A stretch of DNA of 64,000 nucleotides, from positions 89,290,306-89,354,305 of the forward strand of contig NC_068986.1 of the NCBI RefSeq assembly GCF_001194135.2. The letters are read 5' to 3'. The DNA is from Octopus bimaculoides. Its lineage: Eukaryota. Made by a program: the position numbers and the translations under genes. The first letter of the stretch is position 1. Each line of letters starts with the position of its first letter. The notes under the pieces were generated by a model that was given only the letters and a program-made list of their open reading frames with translations, made no database searches and had not been told where the DNA came from. Below are positions 13,564-25,808 of the stretch, in pieces.

Positions 13564-13663
13564 CACACCTAGAGTCTCGACACTGCATGGCATTATACAG
13601 ACAATCTTGCTTCGAAGCTGTAAGAGATTATCCAATATCGCAACCAGATTTCGAGTACTGCAA
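13564..13663 (+). CDS. Module 3 exon A: AHLESRHCMALYRQSCFEAVRDYPISQPDFEYCK
   Basis: TTGTAG/GTACGT, 100 nt. Confidence 0.9.
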
Positions 13664-13763
13664 GTACGTATGTGTATGAAAATGTATATATATGTATGTA
13701 TATACATACATATATATTTTGTATATATATTCACCGCTACTATTATCATTGCTATCTCTAATG

Positions 13764-15520
13764 CAGTGGTTCTCAAATTTTTCAAAAAGTTTTATGCCTC
13801 GGTCTCCTTACAGTTTTTTCGATGATTCACGGTCCCCTATAAAATGCAGGATTATTACGTTGGAAAAAATGATGTACATTCGTGCACCGTATTTTCCGGA
13901 CTATGAACCGCACTGCCTATAGACCGGCAACTCTGAAAATCACAACTAAATCCTCGCAACAACCCATAGGGATACAGCAAATACACATGAAAATATGGGG
14001 AATCAGTGGAACAATTAGTTGCAACACAATTGAGAAACAAAAGCAGTCAGAAAATATACCGAGCATCTTGTATTAACAATTGTGTAAAACTGATTTATGC
14101 CTAGTTAGCAGACAGAAACCGCAAGTCATACACCGTAAACTGCGGCACATATACGTACATAACAGTGGTTCCAGAGCTTTTGATATCACCCTCCCCTTTT
14201 GCCATGTTTTGGGATGCTATTCCTCCCCACTGTCATTCCTCTTATTCATTATCCAAGAGGTGCATTTCAACGAATTTAGCTATTTTCAGCAGAAGAATTG
14301 TAACAGCATCCCAAAATGTACAGAAGTTTCTGCTAATTGGACCACTAGTGTGCACGGAAAACCACAATTTTAGTAGAACTGTCTTCTCCTCCTCTCTTGA
14401 AGCCAGCCATCTCTCTTCCTGAATCCCTGATAAATAACATGACAACAACAAAAAAGTATATAAGAAATTATTTATTTACAAACGCAGACTATTTGTTATT
14501 TTATTTACAGCAGAGTTCAGTGTGATAGATGTACCTGCTTTGCAGTGACCAGCTCTTTTATGTTCGACTCTGTTCCGGAGAGAGCAAGCCTCATTTCTGG
14601 TGTGACATCCAGTCGATTTCGTTAATTCAATTTTGATGGCAAAGAGAGTGGAAAACGCAGTCTCACACTCGTAAGTGACTAGAAATGGCATTAGTACTCC
14701 AAGAGCCATCTTTGCGACATCAGGATATGACCGTACCATTTCATTCCAAAAGTCAGAACAGCACATTTCACAGAAGAAAAAAACATTTTGTACCTCCATC
14801 GTTGACCAAATCAATGAACAGCGCTTGAATTAAATTATCTTCTATAGGCAGATCGCTAACAGAGAGTACATAGGGATTCCTGATAAAGCGGCAGTATTTG
14901 TCAGTGCTGAAGATCGGGAAAAATAAAAAGATATTTCCCTGCCAAGTACTGACATGTGTTGTTTTATGAGTTCAACGATGTCGTCACCGACTTGCAGCTC
15001 GTTCTTATCAATAAACATATTTAGTTGATGAAATGATGTAAAATTCGTTGTATCCAACTTTGGGTGCAAAAGTGCAGGCCTCATTTTGAAAGCACTTATT
15101 TTTTCATGAGAATGAAGCATAACTATATCTTTCCCTTCCCTTGCAGTGAATGATTGACGGCATTCACTGACTCGAAAATGTCCACCAAAAATGCCAAACA
15201 GATCAGAAAACGAACATGGCTTGGCATCCTCTAAAAAGTCGTTCACTTCTTTTCGTTGGAGGAAGATCCTCTTTACTATTTTTTGTCTCGGAAGTCATCT
15301 CACTTGTGAGTGCAACAGAAGAGTTTAAAATTCAAAACCTCTTTCTTTGCACAACTCGGCAAATATATGGAAGTTGAGTGTGTTCGCTTTGATGAAGTTC
15401 CCCCACTGTAATGACGTAATCTAGAACATTTTCTAATTCATTAAGCATGGTTTTCACCATTAGCAGTTAGGGATTTTTCTTTCACCAAAATCTGAAAACC
15501 GGAACGGCAACCAAGCACCG
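13764..15520 (-). mobile_element. hAT transposon remnant of the Buster/Charlie (ZBED8/FAM200-like) type
   Basis: GNFIKANTLNFHIFAELC..TLLLHSQVR.L and FWNEMVRSYPDVAKMALGVLMPFLVTYECETAFSTL (hATC dimerisation domain). CAGTGGTTCTCAA terminus at 13764. Confidence 0.85.
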
Positions 15521-15700
15521 TAACTGGTGAGGAACTAGCAGAGCAGCTTGGATTTAGTCATTGAACCATTCATCGACACCTGCGAGCTATCGGAGAAGTC
15601 AGCAAATTGGATCAATGGGTTCCTCAAAAAATTTCCGAGTCTAATCGCGCGCAGAGGGTGAATGTGTGCCCTCTTTGCTTTCATGCCACAGGAATGAACC

Positions 15701-15743
<43 letters not shown>

Positions 15744-15761
15744 TGTCTGTGTATGTATGCC

Positions 15762-15800
<39 letters not shown>

Positions 15801-16598
15801 AATAACAAAGGTGTATAAGTGTCAATTCATCTTTGTTACCCGTGTATATCTTACTCACCTACCCTTGTATTTACTATTCGGAAGTACTTGGAAAGTATCG
15901 TTATATGAATTGCATGTCTGAACAAACAAAAACGGATTTATTCACTAAGTTGGATTGTGCCATTTGCATACACAGCATAAATATTGGGTGGAAAAAATTC
16001 TATGTAGAGTTTGATACCTAATATTGTTTGAGCGTACACATAAGTTCGTCTTAGCAAGGTGCCTGAATTTAAGTACCTAATCCAACTGAATCTAAATTAC
16101 ATTATGTGTGTGTGTGTGTGTTTAATAAAATTAAAACATGAAAACACACTATCTTGAAAAGCAACACATTCTCTTTTAAATAAAAATAAGACATTTTGCC
16201 AATGCGTTTTATTTCTGCGGGAATTTTAAAATTTGATTAAAAACAAAGCTCAGGAATTATTAATCAGTCCAAAATATACATATGTAGTGGTATGAGTGAG
16301 TGTTCTATCTGAGTGTGTGCCTTAGTGTGTATCTGTGTCCACATCTTAGTGTCCGTGCATGTCTTCTACAACAGCTTTACAACTGGTGTTGGTATGTTTA
16401 GGTACCTGAAGCTTAATGGTTCGACAAATGGTGACCATTAAAATAAGGACCTGAGTCGATTTATATGAATGAACACTCTTCAAGGAGTTGTGCAGCATGG
16501 CCATAGTCTAATTGACTGTAACAAATAAAAGATAAATAATGTTTATCATCTTTTTTAAATTTTGAAATAAAAATTTGCGATTTATTTTTTTCTTCCAG

Positions 16599-16690
16599 AC
16601 GCCTTGTTGTGTTAAAACAATGTGCTGAACTAGAAAAAAACACAGTGTGTGCAGAATTCTTTAAAAAACTAATTGAGAAAAACTGCCCCC
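16599..16690 (+). CDS. Module 3 exon B: RLVVLKQCAELEKNTVCAEFFKKLIEKNCP
   Basis: TTCCAG/GTAAGA, 92 nt. Confidence 0.9.
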
Positions 16691-16762
16691 GTAAGAATAT
16701 TTTTATTAATTATATCTTATTGGATGTAATTTTGTATTGATGAACTATATTCGAAAAGATAT

Positions 16763-17112
16763 TAGGAAGGTGGGCTGAAAAGTTCATAAGCTGGCTTTGA
16801 AGGAATGACGCAGGATCTGTGAAATCATGCATGTATTAATTTCAACGATTCTTATTAATAACTGCTTTGTTTGTTTCCAGATAAACTGGCATCTTACTGT
16901 TCAAGGAAGACTTCAAATGTGATCAGTAGCAACTTCTTTTGAAAATGAACAAAATTTGGTATTGTGGTGTTATCAAGTACCTGCAGCAAAAGGATTTAGC
17001 ATTCAAGGACATTCATGTTGCTATGCTTGCTACTTTAGGGAATGGCAGTCCAGCTTTATCAACAGTGCAAAAATGGGCAGTTAAATATAGGATGTGAAGG
17101 GAAAGTCTTGAA
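16763..17112 (+). mobile_element. 5' fragment of a second mariner family
   Basis: From ATG 16945: MNKIWYCGVIKYLQQKDLAFKDIHVAMLATLGNGSPALSTVQKWAVKYRM*RESLE, a mariner N-terminal HTH. Confidence 0.75.
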
Positions 17113-17147
17113 GTATATTTTGGCATATTTACACCATTTGTGTAGCA

Positions 17148-17525
17148 GCGAGAGGAGGTGCAATGGCCCAGTGGTTAGGGCAGTGGACTCGCAGTCATAG
17201 GATTGCGGTTTCGATTCCCAGACCGGGCGTTGTGAGTGTTTATTGAGCGAAAACACCTAAAGCTCCCACGAGGCTTCGGCAGGGGATGGTGGTGAACCCT
17301 GCTGTACTCTTCCACCACAACTTTCTCTCACTATTACTTGCTGTTTTTGTTGTGCCTGTAATTCAAAGGGTCAGCCTTGTCATGCTGAATATCCCCGAGA
17401 ACTACGTTAAGGGTACACATGTCTGTGGAGTGCTCAGCCACTTGCACGTTAATTTCACGAGCAGGCTGTTCCGTTGATCGGATCAACTGGAACCCTCGAC
17501 GTGGTAAGCGACGGAGTGCCAACAA
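17148..17525 (+). mobile_element. tRNA-derived SINE, third family
   Basis: A box TGGCCCAGTGGTTAGG and B box GGTTTCGATTCCC, followed by a ~300 bp non-tRNA body. Confidence 0.75.
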
Positions 17526-18282
17526 GTAGCAGCCAGAAACTTTCTCCACGTCAAAACTCACTGAACGGCTTTCTTACGGGTTGGAATATGACTCAAGTAT
17601 ATTTGAACTGATAAAAGCTATGTATTTATACACATTCCTGCTTAAAGCTGCCACCACATAATTAGTTTGCAGTGACCCACCGATTAGCACTACCAGTCAT
17701 TGCACAATGATGAGAATATCAAATGAGAGACTGCCTCTCAGATCAACTCTCTAATTTTTATTACTGAGACGAGATAACCACTCCGAAATACTTGCATCTC
17801 AAAGTCTGGGTAGGTGACACTGAGAGCTGACTTTGGTCTATTTTCACTGTTTGACTGTAGCTGAAAGTTGCCTCCACGACAAAATACAGTAAACGGCTTT
17901 GTTAGGGATTCGAATATGAGTCAAGCATATTTGAACATTTAAAATTTTGTGTCTGCAGAAGGCACATTGTGCAGTGCCACGATACATGAACATATCTGCA
18001 TGACACGAGAATTACACAGAAATGGAAATCGAAAGACTACATCCGTATTTCTCAGTCATGCGAGTAATCAGTAAAAATCCTTTATGAACAAACCTATGCT
18101 TAGTGAAATTTACCCTCTTCTGGTATGGGAAAACAGAGATTACCAAATTGCTGGTGTCAGAAATGGAATGGCGCGCAATGTATGTATGTATCTATGTATG
18201 TATGTAGATTGATGAAGACATACCTGTATATACATATATGTAAATATACACATGCGCGCGCACACACACGTATATTATACAT

Positions 18283-18580
18283 NNNNNNNNNNNNNNNNNN
18301 NNNNNNNNNNNNNNNNNNNNNNNNNNNNNNNNNNNNNNNNNNNNNNNNNNNNNNNNNNNNNNNNNNNNNNNNNNNNNNNNNNNNNNNNNNNNNNNNNNNN
18401 NNNNNNNNNNNNNNNNNNNNNNNNNNNNNNNNNNNNNNNNNNNNNNNNNNNNNNNNNNNNNNNNNNNNNNNNNNNNNNNNNNNNNNNNNNNNNNNNNNNN
18501 NNNNNNNNNNNNNNNNNNNNNNNNNNNNNNNNNNNNNNNNNNNNNNNNNNNNNNNNNNNNNNNNNNNNNNNNNNNNNNNN
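18283..18580. other. Assembly gap (others: 2528-2537, 7945-7954, 21009-21320, 30254-30263, 45371-45647, 59938-59978)
   Basis: N runs next to microsatellites. Confidence 0.99.
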
Positions 18581-18989
18581 ATATATATATGTATGTATAT
18601 AAATCTTTTTTTGTAGGAGCGGGAATATTTGAATTTTTAAGTAAATTCATAAAGCTATATAAAATGGACATATTGGGTTCAAAATTACTTCTGTATGTGT
18701 GCGTATGTGTGTGTGAGTGTATGTGCGTGTATACATGCATACGTACACACATACATACATACAGACAGACAGACAGACAGACAGACACATACCTACAAAC
18801 ATACAGGCCTGATCAATAAGTATCCGGACTGTTGCAATAGTAACGAAGCTAAAGCATGAAGAATGAAGCCGCTTGGCACAGGTTGACCTTCAACTCCGCA
18901 GTGCAAGTGCACTAACTTTTAACATGCTTGGAAGGAAGTTGTGTAACATGTGATCGTCGCATTTACCATAACAGAGAAAGTTGTCAAAG

Positions 18990-19585
18990 TAAAACCTGTC
19001 CAGAGGCTTACGCAAGGTTGCAGAAAGTGTAATTTCTGTATGTTTTCTTTTCTTGCTCGACCTACGTGTCGATTCTGCATTCACTTGTGGTTTGGGGACC
19101 TCGAACATGTAATACCATATATCCACTGGCTCATCTTGGTATACCCTTTCTTTAATTGGTTAAAATGCCTTTAATGTTCATAATTTGATCCTTTTTCCAT
19201 GTACATTCCATTACCTAGACGTTCAGTTATATTACCTTGTTCCCAGTCCTGTTTTCCATTGTTATATATTTTAAAATACACTTCATCACCAGTGTTAAAA
19301 AATTTCGTTCGACTTCTCGAATTTTGTATTTTCCGTTTCCTACTCGGCAGAGGTTTGTCAAACACAACGAATCTTTCTGGAGAACATCAAATCTGAGGGT
19401 GACTTGCCCGAATCTGTATTTGGATATGGTGTTATTCTGTACAATTGTAATAACTTTGTCATATTTCTATCTTCAAAAGTTTATGTCTGGTCTTTCTTAA
19501 GGCTCTCATGAATGTGTCGACGAATCTTTCCACTAACGCATTTGCCCTCGGATGGTATGGCGGAGTTAATACATGCTTCATCTAC
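18990..19585 (-). mobile_element. Gypsy LTR retrotransposon integrase remnant
   Basis: TPYHPRANALVERFVDTFMRAL...GKSPSDLMFSRKIR; FNTGDEVYFKIYNNGKQDWEQGNITERLG. Confidence 0.8.
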
Positions 19586-19589
19586 ACTG

Positions 19590-19930
19590 ACTTACAAATG
19601 CACCGTCTACAACATAGTAAATAAATCCTATAGCTACTACATAGGATCTACCACAAATTTTTAAAGATATTATGTACATTTAAACTCGTTTGAATATAAA
19701 GAGAATAACAATTCTACATCGCTAGCTAGCCACATACACCATCTAATTAATGGAAAAATACAATATAGACTTTCCCGGGCTATAATAGACTCTGGTATGT
19801 TATATCAGGGCCAGTATTCCGTTTGTGGACTCTACTTAAAGGAAGCTCTCGAAATTTTAACCTATAACTAACCACAATTGCTTAACAAACACAACGAAGC
19901 CTTCACAACGTGTAAACACAAATTGTTCCG
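19590..19930 (+). mobile_element. Penelope-like element GIY-YIG endonuclease remnant
   Basis: YKCTVYNIVNKSYSYYIGSTTNF..HLNSFEYKENNNSTSLASHI...LNKHNEAFTTCKH. Confidence 0.65.
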
Positions 19931-20927
19931 TACTTTTAAATTCTTTCATAAATCTAAGTGTAAATTCGCCCCTACGAATATCACCCACATGCAAACCGCC
20001 ATGATCATTAACACATACCCATCTATATCTCTTCTATCAACCTTACCTCATCACTTTATAAGATAAAGCTTAAGTCTTTAATTTATTTTTAAAGTTTAAC
20101 CTAATAAACCTCCTAATATTTAATTCTACTACCTACTCCTAAATAATTTAACATTCAACTAGTTTCTCCATCCACGACTACCTACACACCCGTAACTCCA
20201 TTGCTAAAAATAACTCTACATCCACTGATCTTAGCCAGAACGGAAACAAGTATTTACTACTAGATTTCATCCCCCAACCCCTATAGATCATTAGAATGCT
20301 ACTGGCACCTACTATTCTCTTTAAATTCATTTCATTTTGCCCTATTCTGTTTTTTTTTGTTTTTTTTTACGTTATCTTCTTTTGCCTCCTCCTCCTCCTC
20401 TCTCTTATCTTCTTGACTATCTTTGTACACTATATTCTTAGATCGTATATTTTTATATACCTTACATTATCCTTAACGCCAATCCTTAATTCCACCTCAC
20501 TCTATCTACCTCCCTTTCTATTTATTTATTTTTCTTTCTTTTTACCACTTAATAGTCACCTCCGTTACCATTCTGTTATTGAAAGTTGATATATTCGCGT
20601 TTTTTTTTTTTCTGGATTTACGCAGGATTGCACCTAAGGACTTATGGACTTATATCTACAAGGTTGGAAAGTTAAAGTGTGAACGTTTATGCTTTTTTCT
20701 TCTCTTTCTTCATCTCCTTATTCCTTTATTCCTGTCATCTATATCGTCATTTCATTAATCTTATTTTCCCCATTTCTCTTTGATGACAGAATATGACATA
20801 CTTTGGGATGTCCCAAAAACAGCTGTCAGACATTTAATTTATTTCCAATAATGTATATGACTTAAGAAGTTTGCCTTGCCTTAATGCTTGTTGTCCTCTT
20901 TAATATACATACATACATATATATATA

Positions 20928-20928
20928 T

Positions 20929-21002
<74 letters not shown>
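20928..21002 (+). repeat. (GATA)n microsatellite; another at ~15705-15742
   Basis: Direct reading. Confidence 0.95.
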
Positions 21003-21003
<1 letters not shown>

Positions 21004-21321
21004 CACACNNNNNNNNNNNNNNNNNNNNNNNNNNNNNNNNNNNNNNNNNNNNNNNNNNNNNNNNNNNNNNNNNNNNNNNNNNNNNNNNNNNNNNNNNNNN
21101 NNNNNNNNNNNNNNNNNNNNNNNNNNNNNNNNNNNNNNNNNNNNNNNNNNNNNNNNNNNNNNNNNNNNNNNNNNNNNNNNNNNNNNNNNNNNNNNNNNNN
21201 NNNNNNNNNNNNNNNNNNNNNNNNNNNNNNNNNNNNNNNNNNNNNNNNNNNNNNNNNNNNNNNNNNNNNNNNNNNNNNNNNNNNNNNNNNNNNNNNNNNN
21301 NNNNNNNNNNNNNNNNNNNNN

Positions 21322-21357
<36 letters not shown>

Positions 21358-21547
21358 CACGAAAAGTTAAGCATATTGTTACTAAAAGTCAGCATAAGAA
21401 GAGATCTGAATTTACTCGCATGTCAATTACAGTAGTCGGAGGTTTAAGTTGATGATGGTTTAAAATGCTACACCATGAATGTAAAATGGTGATTAAAATA
21501 CAAATGCAATTATTTGATTATGTCTTTATTTCTAATACAATTAATTC

Positions 21548-21757
21548 GCCACGCTGGCAGAATCGTTAGCACGCCGGGCGAAATGTTTGGCGGTATTTCG
21601 TCTATCTTTACGTTCTGAGTTCAAATTCAACCGAGGTTGACTTTGCCTTTTATCCTTTCGGGTCTGATAAATTAAATACTAGTTGTGAACTGGGGTCGAT
21701 CTAATCGACTGCGCCGCCATCCCAAATATTTCAGGCCTTGTGCCTCTAGTAGAAACG
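21548..21757 (+). mobile_element. SINE family 1
   Basis: Family head and core. Confidence 0.85.
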
Positions 21758-22013
21758 ATTTTTTCTGATACAATATTGTGATAATTGTCACTATTTTTGT
21801 ATCAATCTAACTGAACTACCACTATCGTTTGCTACGCACAAAATTTTAAAGGCATTTCTATTTCGTTAAACCACGTAATATGTATGGCGAAAAATAACAC
21901 AGATTACGTCCGTATATAGATGCTTGAATTTATTTTGTATTATGTAATATATCATGAGGATGTCAAACGCTTTTAGGATACAATAAAAGGTGTCAAATTT
22001 GAATGTATTGCAG

Positions 22014-22104
22014 CGGCCGACAAGTGTATGATTTCTTTCAAAGAAATTTGTCCTGAAGCGGAAAAAAAGTATCCTATACTTATACCAGATACGAATTACT
22101 GCAG
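22014..22104 (+). CDS. Module 4 exon A: PADKCMISFKEICPEAEKKYPILIPDTNYCS
   Basis: TTGCAG/GTACAT, 91 nt. Confidence 0.9.
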
Positions 22105-22779
22105 GTACATATATCTTATTATCAATCTTAAAATTTATTATTTTACATGGAATGTTTGAAAGATTGTACATCTAATTACTCACTGGTACAAATTACTTCT
22201 ACTTATTACGTTATTTGCTTGGAATAAACAAGTTTCAATACGAAACAGTAATTGACAGGTGCTAACATCATCGATCTAAAATTGGCGGGTATGGACAACG
22301 GTATGTAGGGAATCAATATTTAGCCGATAAATAACTTTATGGCTAATTCCAAATATAGGCACCAGTCCACGAATGTGCACTTAAGACAGTGGTTATTGAA
22401 TAATTCACGCCAATCTTTAGAAAACTTAGAGTGATATCAGTCTTTATATCATACTTAAAGCAGACAGACGCATCATAAGCTGCAGTATTTATTTTGTGAT
22501 AACATCTCTTATAGACGTACAGCATTAAAATAAAACACATAAATACATCAGTCATAGGTGGAAATTTTCAGAAATTGTAGTGGAATTGTTATATATGTTT
22601 TTCTGTCACTCGGGATTTTGTCAAGAGCAAGTATTCACTGGCAATCGCATGTTGAGCCCGAATCAGCCGTTACTGGTGTCATCACGAAAAAAAATAACTA
22701 TTCAGAATTTTGTTATTTTTAAGTATAGTAATGACCTCATTCAGTCATGAATGGCTATGAGATTGCACTTAGATTGCAC

Positions 22780-23052
22780 TTCCAAAGCACAAGTCCAGGT
22801 AAGGTTGTTCATGGAAGACCGGCAGTTGCCCATACATACCAGCCTCCCATCTCCACGCCACCGATGCTATCCTAGGGAAAGACAGAGGCCGATACAGCTT
22901 GGCACCAGTGGTGCCACAGATAATTTCTAAAGCTGAGTGAACTGGAGCAATGTGAAATAAAGCGACTTGCTCAAAAATACAATACACAGCCCAGTCCGGG
23001 AATCGAACTCATTACCTCATGACTGTGAGCCTCACATTCTAACCACTGAGCT
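22780..23052 (-). mobile_element. tRNA-derived SINE
   Basis: Minus-strand head TAGCTCAGTGGTTAGAATGTG...GAGTTCGATTCCCGG. Confidence 0.7.
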
Positions 23053-23444
23053 ATATGTCTTCATTAGTCATGTGTATACACTTATGATTAAGTGTATTTT
23101 TTCTCTAATGTTTCACAAAACAAAAGATCATTTTCCTAACGAAATGTGCTAGTATTGTTAAACCAATAATCCTCATTGCCAGCGGTTCGATATCAATTTG
23201 CAAATTATAATTCGTCACTTGATTAAAAATTATTTTGCCTATCCCAGAAATAACAAAAACAACTTCAACCCAGTGACAGCTTAATTTCAGAATGTGAATA
23301 AGATGATTAGATACTTAAAGCTGATACACAATTTATGAGCGGTAACGAAGTTTAAATGTAGTACATGGTTAATAGAAAATATTGCCAAGTATATCTAAAA
23401 TTTTCATTTTTCTGAAATCAATTTATTTTACCTTTATATTATAG

Positions 23445-23533
23445 TCGTTTGCGCGTATATGAAGTATGTGCTTATTCGAAAAGCCACTCCTGCAAACTGC
23501 ACTTCAACGAACTCATTCATGCAATATGTGAAG
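23445..23533 (+). CDS. Module 4 exon B: RLRVYEVCAYSKSHSCKLHFNELIHAICE
   Basis: TTATAG/GTACGA, 89 nt, C-x7-C-x11-C. Confidence 0.88.
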
Positions 23534-24305
23534 GTACGATTTTTTATTTTGTGTTTTCTTTTTTTTTGTTTTTTTCTGAATGGTCGAAATAGTGCCGCTT
23601 TTAAAATCAAGGTGTAGTTCTTCGCTGAACCTGGTGAGATCTCTTTTGTGCTGTTGCAGATTGATGACATTCAAAAATTTCTCCATCGAATAATTGAATA
23701 AATATATGACGGTAATGACAGTGATGATGAAATCACAGGCAACATCAGTGTCTAACAACAAACTCACTATACCTAATATTAGCAACATCATGACAACTGT
23801 AGAAAATGAAAGCTAAACACACACAAAGGTACCATAATCGAAAAGCGTAAGACGTACGCTATCCTCTTAGACCCCCAACTTAATTTATATTTCTCTGTAG
23901 CATTGTAAACCTATAAAAAAGATTGTGAAATTTATAAAAGACAGTTGTTGAAAATGAAAATAAGTTGCATTAAATCTAAAAGTATTATTAGAATTATCAA
24001 TAATTTTCAACTACGTAAGACAAAATTTAACCCGGAATATGTATGGTCAGTATTTGAATAATTATCAACATTACTTTTATCTAATTTCAAAATTACAACA
24101 CAACTCCTATCCATTGGATGGCACAAAATCGCATAATTATGTAGATGACACCCATTCCGTCGGTTACCTCCGTATTATGGATTACAGCAGATACTATGGA
24201 TTCGCAGTAGAAGTAAATGCTTTAATTTATGGTATATCATGTAGTATTTTCGCTATATGGTAAGAATATTTTGAGAAATTAAGACGGAATATGTCACATT
24301 TGTAG

Positions 24306-24405
24306 CTCATGAAGAACAACGTGACTGCATGGAAATATACAGAACAACTTGCTTCAAGGCCTTTAACGATTATCCTGAATTGAATCCAGATACAAGCTAC
24401 TGCAA
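24306..24405 (+). CDS. Module 5 exon A: AHEEQRDCMEIYRTTCFKAFNDYPELNPDTSYCK
   Basis: TTGTAG/GTACAT, 100 nt. Confidence 0.9.
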
Positions 24406-24746
24406 GTACATATATTTACTTACTACTATCTCCTACATTATTATATTTATTTGACATTTCAATGGTCAGGAAGTGTGTTTTGCAAGAATGTGGTTACGGA
24501 TCCTGTCTCACTGCGCAGCAATTTTGACGATTACCTCTTATATAGACTCTCGCACCCGACGACTTGTGGCTGGATAAATTTGATTGATGGAAATCTTGAG
24601 TAAAATGTCGTATGTATGTATGTATGTACGTGTGAGTGTGTCTGTGTGTTTGTGTGTGTCATGACGGCGTATCCTGAGATTTTCCTTCAGCACTCGATAC
24701 ATTTTAAACTTTTGAGATAATGTAATTGTATATCTTCATCTTCCAG

Positions 24747-24838
24747 ACGCCTCTTCGTATTTCAAAAGTGTGCTGAAGGTGATGATAATAAGCACTGCAT
24801 GACTTATTTCGACGCAATCTCTAAAATCCAATGTGGCG
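24747..24838 (+). CDS. Module 5 exon B: RLFVFQKCAEGDDNKHCMTYFDAISKIQCG
   Basis: TTCCAG/GTAAGA, 92 nt. Confidence 0.9.
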
Positions 24839-25507
24839 GTAAGATCTGAGTTATTTTGCCTGAATATAACGCAATCATTAAACTATTAAATCAAACTATG
24901 TAACATGATTAATATGTCTGTCAGTAGTCTTGCCTAGTACGACATAACAAACAGGAAACATCACGAATACAAGATAGATATGCTCAGCATAGCTTATGAA
25001 ATCCTTTTCCAAGATAATGTACTCTATTACCCGCAAAACAAAAGTCTGTAGTCATAAGATAAACCATCTAGATTGTCTCTTCTTCACTACATTTCTGCAT
25101 GGCACCGTTATACAATAATGAGTTGTTAAAACACCAAATTTAACAGTTATGTAAATACAAATATATTACTCCCAACCCGAAGGTATAATATCAAAATTGA
25201 AATATTTATAATGCCAAACGCAACAGGAAAAGCAGGAAAACGGGCAGTAATATGATAGACATTTTTGCTTAAATCTTGCTGAAGTAGCCGCATTGTTTGG
25301 CATACATAAAATGGTAATATGTCGTACAGAAATTATCTTTGTCATCGTCAAACTGCATAAGATAGATTACAAATGATATGTATTAAAATCATAGTTAAAT
25401 GCTTTAATTTATATTGTATCATATAATTTTTTCTCAATTCGTCAATTATATTATGATGTAAAGAAATAAAATATCAAAATGTGTTGTAAAATCAAAATGT
25501 ATTGCAG

Positions 25508-25598
25508 AGGAAAATATATGCGTACATGAATTGCAAGTAAAATGCCCGTCAGGTGAAAAATTGTATCCGATTGGTAACCCAGATTTCAATTACTGCAA
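25508..25598 (+). CDS. Module 6 exon A: EENICVHELQVKCPSGEKLYPIGNPDFNYCK
   Basis: TTGCAG/GTACAT, 91 nt. Confidence 0.9.
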
Positions 25599-25808
25599 GT
25601 ACATATATTTTCATACTACTCTTACTATTCTTACATCTAATATTTACATGTTTATATATTTCTCACATCGATACTAATATTGACATGGTTGCTTGGAGTG
25701 TGTTACATTCAATAGAAAACAGTTAATTACAAATACTGACTACGTTGAACTGAAAATGCAACAATATCGGCAATATAACTACAATACCTTTTGGCAGATC
25801 AATAAATA

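Noticed and set aside
17959-18065. Open frame after TGCAG with C-x8-C
   Set aside because: It lacks the third Cys, the YP/PD motif and the phase-2 donor, and lies inside a local tandem duplication
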